Source of the DNA: an uncultured Candidatus Binatia bacterium
Lineage (GTDB): Bacteria; Desulfobacterota; Binatia; UBA9968; JAJDTQ01
Length of the DNA: 64,000 bases
Assembly (NCBI GenBank): GCA_965213675.1
Contig: OZ243916.1
Span: 2,400,001-2,464,000, forward strand
Direction: 5' to 3'
Below are positions 10,201-19,900 of the stretch, piece after piece. The translations under genes and the position numbers were made by a program. The notes under the pieces are model-generated. The model ran no database searches, had not been told where the DNA came from, and saw only the letters and a list, made by a program, of their open reading frames with translations. Within the stretch, counting starts at the first letter, position 1; each line of letters opens with the position of its first letter.

Positions 10201-13200
10201 GCGCCAGCGTCACCTGGGACGCGGTGGAGCATGCCACCTCCTATGACGTGTCGTGGAGTGCCGAGAGCGGCGACTCGCTGAACGCTTCCGCCGGTGACTT
10301 GCCCGGCGTGACAGGCACCACGACCACCATCGACCACGGCGCCTCGGTGCCGATGACACTGACGGTCACGGTGACGCCGGAATATGTCGACAAGAACGGC
10401 GACACGCAGCAATTGGACAGCCTCGCCGGCACGGCAACCCTGGCGGTAGGGCCGGGCAGCGACGCGCTGAGCGCCAGCGCGCAGAGCACCGACAGCCAGG
10501 CGCCGGCCTGCGTCTCCGACGCCCTGCTGGCCGACGCCCGGAAGGCTGCGGGCGAGACCTGGCGGACGTCGCCGGGCCATGTCGAGCGCTGGAGCCGGGT
10601 GCTTGCCGCCTTCGGGGAGAGCAACGCCTGGAGCAACAACCCGATGACCATCGCCGAGGCGCAGGCGCAGGCGGACCGCGGCCTGAAGCGCTGGGCGCCG
10701 GTGGCGCCGGCGCTGGAATGCCTGGAGAAGGAGCCGGCGCAGGCGAAGGCGCAAGTAGAGGCGCAACAGGCGGTTCCCGCGATCACCGTAACCGCGGGAG
10801 CGGGGGTGACGGAAGGCACGGCGGCGGGCTTCACGCTCAAGGCCGATCCGGCGCCGGCGGAAGAACTCGCGGTGACGGTGGCGGTGGCCCAGACCGGCGC
10901 CATCGCGGATGCCTCGGCGCTCGGCGAGCGCATTGTGACGATCCCGGCCGGGAAGGCGGAGGCGGCCTTCACGGTGGCGACGCTGGCCGATGAGACCGAC
11001 GAGCCGGCGGGCGCCGTCACGGCGACGGTGAGCGACGGCCCCGGCTATACGGTGGACGACCAGGGCAAGAGCGCAAGCGTGGCGGTGGCGGACGACGACG
11101 CCACCGCGGTAGTGCTGACGGCGCCGGATGGCGACCTGCCCGAGGCGTCGGGCTCCAAGACGCTGACGCTGACGCTCGGGCGGGCGCTGGTGGAGGGCGA
11201 GAGCCTGTCGGTGCCGCTGGCGCTTGCCGGCACGGCCACGCTCGGCTCCGACTACACGCTGGCCGCGCCGGAGACGGCGCCCGCGGGCGTGACCTATACC
11301 CACCTTGGCGGTACCGACCCGAAGAACCCGCCGGAGGTGACCTTCGCCGGCGCCGCGGGGCGCAAGTCGGCGACAGCGGCGACGCTGGTGCTGGCGACGG
11401 TGGCGGACAGCGTGGCCGAGGGCGAGCGGGAGACGGTGACGGTGAAGCCGGGCACGCCGGTCGCCACCGGCCTCGGCGGCGGGGCGGCGGCCTCGGGCGC
11501 GGCCGGCTTCGCCATCCTGGAGCCGCCGCCGGAGATCGCGATCGCGGCGAAGACCGGGACCGTGGCAGAGGGCGCGGATGCCGCCTTCACCCTGACCGCG
11601 AGCCGGGCCCCCGGCGCGGACCTGACGGTCAACCTCACGGTCTCGGAGCCAGACGGCAGCGACTTCGTGGCAGCCGAGCATGAAGGGACCACCACGGCGA
11701 CCATGCCGAAGGGGGAGACCGAGGCCACCTTTACGGTGCCGACGGTGAACGATGTGGCGGACGAGCCCGGCGGGACGGTGACCGCGACCCTTGCCGGGGA
11801 CGGCGACAAGGGACTGCGCTACACGGTGGCAGCGGCGCCGGACAATGCGGCCTCCGTGAAGGTGACCGACGACGATGCGGCGGCGACAGCCCCCACCTTC
11901 TCGGTGGGCGACGAGACCGCCAACGAGGATGTCGGGTTGATGTATTTCACGGTGCGGCTCGACCGGGCCGTGCAGCAGGCGGTGAAGGTGACCTTCACGG
12001 CGCGCGAGGCGAGCCCGGTCTCGGCCCGGCAGGGCGAGGACTGGTTCTGGTGGTGGCCGAACGGCATCGCGCTCACCTTCCATCCGGGCCAGACCGAGAA
12101 GCGGATGTGGGTCTACGTCTACAACGACAATCACGACGAGGACCCGGAGACCTTCGAGGTGGCGCTGTCGAACCCGACGGGGGGCACGGCCATCGGCGAC
12201 GGGGTTGCGGTGGGCACCATCGTCAACAACGACCCGATGCCCAAGGCGTGGCTGAGCCGGTTCGGCCGCACGGTGGCGCAGCAGGCGCTGGACGGCATCG
12301 CGAGCCGGATGAGGGCGCCGCGGGAGGCGGGCGTGCAGGGCACCCTGGCGGGACAGGCGCTGCCGGACGGCAGCACCGCTTCCCAGGAAACCGGGTCCGG
12401 CCCGGGATGGCAGACCGCGGCCCATGACCACGCGGCGCCCGGAGCCCGGGCCACGGGCTTTACCGGCGGCGTCCAGGACGGCGCCGAGCCAGGGACCGCT
12501 TCAACATGGAGAGCCCTGAGCTTGCGGGAACTCATGCTCCAGAGCCGCTTCACCGCCACCGGCGGCAAGGACGCCAAGGGCGGCAGCCTGGCCTTCTGGG
12601 GGCGGGCCGCGCAGGCGCACTTCGACGGCAGGGAGGGAACCTTCTCCCTTGACGGCGACACCACCACCGGCATGCTCGGGGCGGACTACGCCCGGAACCG
12701 CTGGATGGCCGGCCTCGCCCTCACCCACAGCGAGGGGGAGGGCGCCTATGCGGACACGGACACGGCCCCTGAACCCTGCGCCGAAGCCGGCGCGGACCAC
12801 ATGAGCGACGATGCCAGTAAGGTTCTGTGCGAAGGCGCCGTGCGCGAGGGCGACGGCAGCCTCGACGCCTCGCTGACCGCGGCCATACCCTACGCCTCTT
12901 TCCAGGCCACCGAGCGGCTGAAGCTCTGGGGCGCGGCAGGCTACGGCGCCGGCGCGGTGACCCTCAAGCCGGAGGTCGGCGGCGTGTTCAAGTCGGACGT
13001 TTCCTGGACCATGGCGGCGTTGGGCTTCCGTGGGAACCTGTGGCCCCCGCAGAAGCAACGCTCCGGGCCGGCGCTGGCGCTTGAGTCGGACGCGCTCTGG
13101 GCGCGCACCTCTTCGGAGAAGACCCGGGACCTCGCGGCCTCGGACTCCGATGTGACCCGGCTCAGGCTCGGTCTGGAGGGAAGCTGGAAGATCGCCCTGG

Positions 13201-13790
13201 ACCAAAACGGCCATCTGACGCCCAGGCTCGAAGTGGGCGCGCGCCATGACGGCGGCGATGCCGAGACCGGCACGGGCATCGAACTCGGCGGCGGCATTGC
13301 CTGGAGCGACCCCGCCCTGGGCCTCCGCCTCGATGTCGAGGGCCGCACCCTGCTGGCCCACGGGTCCGATGATCTGGAGGACCGGGGCTTTGCCGCCTCC
13401 CTCGCCTACAACCCCGACCCGGCAACCACTCTCGGCCCCTCCCTGACTCTTCGTCAGGACTGGGGCGGACAGGCCAAAGGCGGCATCGACGCCCTGTTCG
13501 CCCCCGACCCCCTGGACACCCGCGGCGGCGCGGGCGGTACCGCCGAGAGCCGCTGGCTGGCCGAAGCCGCCTACGGCTTCCCGGTCCTCGACCGCCGCTT
13601 CGCCGCCAGCCCCCATCTAGGCTTCGGCTTCGCCGCCGGCACCCGCGACTACAGCCTGGGCTGGCGCTTCAACCCCCTGGCACGCAACAACGCCCCCGAT
13701 CTCCAACTCGGCCTAAACGCCACCCGAAGGGACGCCGCCCACTCAAAACCCGAACACATCCTCCGCTTCAAGGTCGCCCTCAACTGGTGA
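7264..13790 (+). CDS. Giant autotransporter-like surface protein (Calx-beta/FN3-like repeats, C-terminal beta-barrel), frameshifted at an 8-bp tandem repeat in its leader
   Basis: GGAGG-7 nt-ATG at 7264, leader homologous to the paralogue starting at 22727; signal peptide LLPALLCLPLLFGLAAPAAA|Q at ~7825-7890 is in the frame of the 7956-13790 ORF; Calx-beta-like DDD/DETDE/ETF motifs; MPKAWLSRFGRT linker; barrel ends FKVALNW. Confidence 0.8.
7385..7645 (+). repeat. Perfect tandem repeat (ATCGCCGG)x32 plus partial ATCGC
   Basis: 256 bp from 7385 to 7640 counted directly; no spacers. Confidence 0.98.
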
Positions 13791-13908
13791 CCTCCAAAAT
13801 GGCTTGGCACCCGCAACGCGTCCCGTCGGACTTGGCTGCGAGCACCCCGTGTTCGTGCGGCTACGGCCATTGAGGCGCTGTCGGTCAGGTCGATCACCTC
13901 CACGTCCA
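13701..13908 (+). repeat. Imperfect direct repeat, copy 1 (autotransporter 3' end plus downstream DNA); copy 2 at 23570-23758
   Basis: Shared ctccaactcggcct..cactcaaaacccgaacacatcctccgcttcaaggtcgccctcaactggtgacctc..tcggtcaggtcgatcacctccacgtcca. Confidence 0.9.
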
Positions 13909-14057
13909 TAGCGGGCGGCGCCCACGGGACGAACCGCCACGCCCATGCCGGCTGCGCGATGGCCTCCGCCCGCTCACGCGGACGCTCCCAGTAGTGGTTC
14001 AGGTCCGCCAGACGACGGGACGGTTCACTCGGTTCATTCCAGTATCGGATACGGGTC

Positions 14058-14492
14058 TCATCGCGGCTCGGCCGTCCATGGATCGATGGTCTCAACGCCG
14101 GTATTGCGGAACTCACCCGTGTTTCGCGTCACGATAGAGAGAGCCCGACATGCTGCGGCTCCAGCGAGAAAGGCGTCCGGAACATGATCGTCGAGCGGCT
14201 CACCGCGTCGGCGCTTTTCTTCCATGATCCGGGCACACGCCTCGGCATCGGCCATGGACCAGTCGAGGATGCGGTCCTCGAACAACTCGTCGAGAAGATC
14301 GTGGAACCGATCGGCGAGACTGTCCCGACGCCGGCCGGGAGCGAGACGTCCGATGCCGTTGAGGATCTCCCAAACGGTGATGGACGCGAGGCCGATGCCC
14401 TCGGCGGCGATGGAATCGAGAAAGGCGGCAACGCGGGGTTCAGGTCGCGGCCGCATCATTTCGGAGACGACGTTCGTGTCAATTAGATACAT
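14058..14492 (-). CDS. vapC: PIN-domain toxin (VapC/FitB-like)
   Basis: MYLIDTNVVSE, SITVWEI..G, DAFLAG and TRNTGEF..G..DPW; start moved from the ORF-track position to ATG 14492. Confidence 0.9.
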   Translation of the reverse strand: MYLIDTNVVSEMMRPRPEPRVAAFLDSIAAEGIGLASITVWEILNGIGRLAPGRRRDSLADRFHDLLDELFEDRILDWSMADAEACARIMEEKRRRGEPLDDHVPDAFLAGAAACRALSIVTRNTGEFRNTGVETIDPWTAEPR

Positions 14493-14739
14493 CAAATTCT
14501 GAAGGCGATTCTGCCCTGTTTTACCCGTCGTCGCATGCCGCTCCTGATGCGATGTTGTCCTATAAGAGGTTGTATTGACGCGGTTATTCCTCATCTCTAC
14601 ACTGTCCTCCGCCTTGCCAACCCAGCGATGAGGCCGTCACAGCCTACGTCCACTGTTGCCGTCACCATGCTACCTCTGTGCTTACGGTTCTGCTACCGGA
14701 ATTCATCGCGCAGACGCCGCCTCGAAGGACCGCCGCACC

Positions 14740-14895
14740 ATGGCCGAACGCCAGTTCCGCACCCTCACCAAGCGCACCGTGGACCGTCTCTCGGTCAACG
14801 GCAAGGACGCCGTCTTCTGGGACAACGACCTTCCGGGCTTCGGCGTTCGAGTCTACCCCTCGGGCAGGAAGGTCTTCGTCGTCCAGACGCGCGCC
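14740..14895 (+). pseudogene. Tyrosine integrase N-terminal arm-DNA-binding domain fragment
   Basis: MAERQFRTLTKRTVDRL..VFWDNDLPGFGVRVYPSGRKVFVVQTR, then an abrupt switch to unrelated sequence. Confidence 0.8.
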
Positions 14896-15250
14896 TTCGG
14901 CGACCAAGCTTTCGCGGATCGTGGCGTTGATTTCGTCGCGCAGCGCCCGCGTCGGGGCAATTACCCCGGTCGCTTCGCGCTGCAGCTCGTGCGGCAGGTT
15001 CAGCCACTGGCGCGCGGTCTCGGCCCCGATATCGCCATACTCCACTTGCCGGATGTTGTCGCCGAGCCTGGCGAACGCGCCCTTCACGTCGCCGGTGAGG
15101 CCGCCCGGATCGCCGCCTTCAACACGGCATCGCGCTGGCGGAGAATGTCGTCCATCATCGCCGTCTGCATCCCAGCGGCCCTGAGTTGCGCGAACGGCTT
15201 CGCGGCTGCGTTCCGCTTCGCGTCACCCGCCGCTGCACCATGCTGCGCAT
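14890..15250 (-). pseudogene. TrwC/TraI-like (MOBF) relaxase-helicase fragment, frameshifted
   Basis: GDAKR..AKPFAQLRAAGMQTAMMDDILRQRD and TGVIAPTRALRDEINATIRE. Confidence 0.7.
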
Positions 15251-15439
15251 GAGTGCATCGGCGACTGCGCCGATCCCGGCGCACTTGCCCCGGACCGCGA
15301 TCCGGGACGGCCGCTCGCATCCCTCGCGGCACTCGTGCAGGCGCTCTTGCGGAGCCCGCCCGCACTTCGCCCGGCACTGTCTCGCGCAACCGCGCCGCAC
15401 TGCCAGCCGCTCAAGCGCCGCGGCGGCTCCATCGCGCCC

Positions 15440-15720
15440 ATGTCGCGGCTTCAGGGATTCTTCCTTCTTCTCCGGATCGTTCGCCAGGATCACGCGGCGA
15501 CAGCACGAAAGGACTCCGTAGTAGACCAACAAGGGCTTCACGCTCATCTCCGAGCCGGCCGCGTTCCTGAAGTACTCTCGGCCATGCGCGAAGCATGCGT
15601 TGATCTGCCCTACCTTCGCGGAACTTGCGCTCCTCCCATGGACATTCCGATACCACTTCGCAACGAAATCGTGCGACTCGAAGCGCGAGATCGCCTTCCA
15701 ATGGATGCCTTCGACCATCC
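15440..15720 (-). pseudogene. YaaC-like protein N-terminal fragment
   Basis: HGREYFRNAA..SVKPLLVYYGVLS..HG motif; truncated. Confidence 0.55.
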
Positions 15721-15900
15721 TCCCCAATCCCGTCGCACTCTCATCCACTCGCTCTGGAATGGTGGCTCGTTGTCGCCATCCTGCCTGCTTGCTGCCCACG
15801 GCGAAGCCAGTTTCTCGTGTTCCTCAGGGCGTCGGGAACCTGCGTCGCCACCGGCATCGCGCAACCGAGCTCCACGCCTGTTGCACACACTCCCGATCCC

Positions 15901-16590
15901 TTAGTTCCGGATTCCGCTCCGTCGGCTGACCCGATGGAGCCGATGCTCGAAATACCGCCGGAACGCCTCGTTCTCGGGCCACGCCCCCGGATCGGCCCAG
16001 ATCGCCCCCAGCCGTCCCACCAGCCCGGCGATCCAGTCCGCCGCCTGGATGGTCTGGTAGCGGTGGCTCTCCAGATGGAAGGGGGGTTCGATGAGATGGC
16101 GCCGCCGCTGGCTCCGCCCATACATGCTCTTGGCGGCTTCGGTCAGAAGCGCCGCACGCTGCTCATGCTCGTCGAGAATCAGGACGAACGCTTCCGGCGG
16201 ATCGCAATCTTCGCCGCAATGGCCGTCGATCCGCTTGATCGCCTCCAGGAACACCCTCGCATAGAGCCGGTTCGGGTTATGCCCACCCGGCGCCGCGGTC
16301 TTCCTCACACGGACATAGAACACGAAGCCGCCAAGCCGCTCGATCTTGTTGAACAGCCGGTTGGTGAACCTTCGGAGCTCGGGATACCGGGTCACGTTGG
16401 TCAGCGTGTAGAGGCTTGCTCCCTTCTTCTCCCACAGCGCGGGGTGCTCTCCCCGCCGTTCGATCTCGAAGGCGAGCAGCTCGCACTTGCGCTGGAAGAA
16501 CCAGGTCCCGAAGCCGCGCACCGCTTCCGCCGGAAGCACGAAGCCCGCCAGCCCGAACACCGGGCTCTCCCTGTATCTGGGGTGCTGGCG
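15901..16590 (-). pseudogene. DUF3800-like protein, N-terminally truncated
   Basis: SPVFGLAGFV..EKKG..ILDE..IEPPFHLESH..IQAADWIAG; the N-terminal DE motif is replaced by relaxase sequence. Confidence 0.65.
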
Positions 16591-16760
16591 GCCGACGTAG
16601 AACGACTTCTGCGTGGTGAGATGGGGGTGGTTGGCTTCCATGGCGGCGATCACGGTATCGACCGTGCGGCCCTGGAAGGCATGCACGGTCGACGCCCAGG
16701 CCCGGTCGAGGTGGCGGAACTGCGGGTCGTCGTCAAGCGCGTCGAGGCGCTCACCGCCGA
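16590..16760 (-). pseudogene. TrwC-like helicase C-terminal fragment
   Basis: HLDRAWASTVHAFQGRTVD..TQKSFYV (SF1 helicase motif V/VI region). Confidence 0.7.
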
Positions 16761-16869
16761 AGGCCGGCTCCGCCTCGCCTCCGCACATCCCGACTACCCG
16801 CCCTACGAGTGCCGGGCCGACGAGGTCCACATCGTCGGCAAGGTGCTGTGGAAGGTCACCCGCGCCTGA
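16725..16869 (+). pseudogene. S24/LexA-like peptidase C-terminal fragment (phage-repressor type)
   Basis: VVKRV..LRLASAHPDYPPY..IVGKVLW. Confidence 0.6.
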
Positions 16870-16934
16870 CGCGTGGCGCGGCCCATGCCCCCCGCCGGCG
16901 CGGCGGGAGGCAATGGCAATGACGCCGCCGCGCC

Positions 16935-19900
16935 TCACCACCGCGCGTTGACTTCGAACCCGACGCTGTGCTCCGGCATGGCCGTGTCGCTCTCCCTGCG
17001 GGTCGCCTTCAGCCCGAAGGAGACATCGGGCGCGTTGGCGTTCGCCGCCGTGGTAAGGCGCCAGCCGAGGCTGTAGTCCCGCGCATCGGTGGCGAGGCCC
17101 AGCCCCATATGCGGGCTGCCGGTGAAGCGCCCCGAGAAGGCCGGGAAGCCCCAGGCCGCTTCCGCCGTCCAGCGGGAGGCGGCCTCCCCTCCGCCCATCC
17201 GGTCCGCCAGCGGGTCGGACGCGAACAGCGCGTCGAGCCCGCCCTTGGCCTGTCCGCCCCAGTCCTGGGTCAGCGTCAGCGAGGGACCGCGCGCGGTCGC
17301 CGGGTCGGGATCGAAGGCCAGCGAGGCCGCGAAGCCCCGATCCTCCAGATCGTCCGAGCCGTGCGCGACCAGCGTGCGGCCCGACAGGTCGAGCGACAGG
17401 CCGAGCGCCGGATCGACCCAGGCGAGCCCGCCGCCGAGTTCCACCCCGAAGCCGGTCTCGGCATCGCCCCCGTCGTGGCGCGCGCCTATTTCCAGCTTGG
17501 GTGTGAGACTGCCCCCGCCCTCGGTGGCGATGCGCCAGCTCCCCTCCAGGCCGAGCCGGAGACGGGTCACGTCGGACTCCGACGCCGCAAGCTCGTGCGT
17601 CTTCTCCGAGCTCGTCCGCGCCCACAAGGCATCCGAGGTCAGCGCCAGCGCAAGGCCGCTCCCTTCCCTCGACAGGGAAACAAGGTCGTTGCGAACCCCC
17701 GCCGCCGCCATCGTCCAGGCGATGTCGGAGCTGAGCGAGCCGCCCACCTCCGGCTTCAGCGTGACCTCGCCGGTGCCATGGCCCGCCGCGCCCCAGAGCT
17801 TCAGATGCTCGGACGCCTGGATCGCGGCATAGGGAACCGCCGCCGTCAGCGACGCATCCACCTTGCCGTCGCCTTCGCGGACGGCGCCGGCGCACAGATG
17901 CGCCATCGTGGCGGGGTCCATGCCCTCGCCAACATCCGGACAGTGCTGCGGCCCCGATTCCCTGTCGGCATAGCCGCCTTCCCCGCTGCTCCGCATCAGC
18001 GCCATGCCGACCAGCCAGTTGCCGCGCGCATAGTCCGCGCCCAGCATCGCCGAGGTCGCCTCGCCGTCGAGCGAGAACGTCCCCTCCCGTCCGTCGAAGC
18101 TCGACTGCGCCGCCCGGCCCCAGAAGGCCAGGCTGCCGCCCATGCCGTCCTTCTCCCCGGTCGCCGTGAAGCTGCTGCCCAGCAGAGCCTCGAGCCCGGT
18201 CATGGTGTACGAGCCCGCGCCGCCTGCCCCGGACACCGATCCGGTGGCGAAGCCATGAGCGTCATGGCCGATCGCGCCGCCGCCCCAACCGTCGGCGGAA
18301 GCGCCGAAGGCGCGGGCCACGTGGGAGCGTGCCGGCACGTCCTTGCCGGCAAGGCTGCCTGGTGCGGCATTGTCGTTCGCCGCCCCGGACCCGTCAGGGC
18401 TGCCGAAGCCGAGCGCCTGTCCGGCGATCGTGCCCTGCACCCCGGCGCCGCGCGAGGCCGCGATGCGCCCGGCTATGCCGTCCAGCGCCTGCTCCGCCGC
18501 CGTGCGACCGAAGCGCGCCAGCCACGCCGCCGGCATCGGGTCCGAGTTGGTGATGGTGCCCACCGCGACCCCGTCCGCAATCGATACCGACACCCCGGGC
18601 GGACCGTTCACGGCCGCGTCGAACAGCACCATCTCGAAGGTCTCCGGACCCTCGTCATGGCTGTCGTTGTAGAGGCGGACGTGGATCAGCGTTTCCGTCT
18701 GCCCCGGCCTGAACCGGGCCCGCAGCCGCCAGGACCGCTTCCACGCCAGGTAGTCCTGGCCCGCCACGGCCGACACCGGCGTCGAATCCCGCGTCGCGTA
18801 GTAGACATGGACCGGCCAGTCCACCGGCTCGCTCAACGTCACCTTGAAATTCCCCGTTATTCCGTTCTCCTTGAGCGTGGCATCGGCAATCGAGATCGTC
18901 GGACCCGAGGACGCCGCATCGTTGTCGGACACCGCCACCGTGGCCGCATTGTCCGGGGCGGCGGCCAGTGTGTAGCCGGCGCCAATGCCCAGGGTGGCGG
19001 TGATCGAGCCGTCCGGCTCGTCCGCGCCGTCGTCCACCGTGGCGACCTCCACGTCCACGCTGCCTGTGACCGGGACGGTGACCGTCCTCGACCCGGTCTC
19101 GCCCGAGGCGGCGAAATCGCCGCTCTGGCCGACGGTCAGCGTTACGTCGAGCGGTGCGACCGGCACCGGGCTCGCCGAGACCGTGAAGGAGGCCGACGTG
19201 CCTTCCGTCACCCCGCTGCCGGCGGCGATGCTCACCACCGGCTCGTCATTGTCGCGCACCGCCACCGCGGCGCTGCCCTTGCCCGTGGCCACGGTGTAGC
19301 CCGTGCCCGTGCCGAGGGTGACGCTCACCGACCCATCGGCCTCGTCCGCTGTGTCGTCCACCGTGGCCACCGAGAGTGCGACGCTGGTAGCCCCTGCTGC
19401 CAGTGTCACCGTCCGGCTGCCCGCGCCGGGGGCGTCCAGATACTCGCCGCTCTGGGCGACGGTCCAGGCAATCGTCAGGTCGGAATGCGGCGCCGGATCG
19501 GCCGTGACCGTGAAGGTGGCATTGCCGCCCTCGTCCACGGCGGAGCCCGCCGAAAGGCTGAGTTCGGGCGTGGCGGGTGTTACCGGCTGGACCTCAGCCT
19601 GTTCCGGCTGTTCCTCCTGCGGCGGGTTCGCCAGGCATTCCAGCGCCGGCGGCACGGGCGCCCAGCGCTTGAGGCCGCGATCCGCCTGCGCCCGCGCCTC
19701 GGCGACAGTCATCGGGTTGTTGCTGTAGGCGTTGCTCACCCCGAAGGCGGCAAGCACCCGGCTCCAGCGCTCGACATGGCCCGGCGAAGTCCGCCAGGTC
19801 TCGCTCGCAGCCGCCTGGGCGTCGGCAAGCAGGGCGTCGGAGACGCAGGCCGGAGCCTGGCTGTCGGCGCCTTGCGCGCTGGCGCTCAGCGCGTCGCCGC

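Noticed and set aside
15901-17895. 664-aa ORF as one gene
   Set aside because: Chimera of an off-frame autotransporter reading, a TrwC fragment and DUF3800
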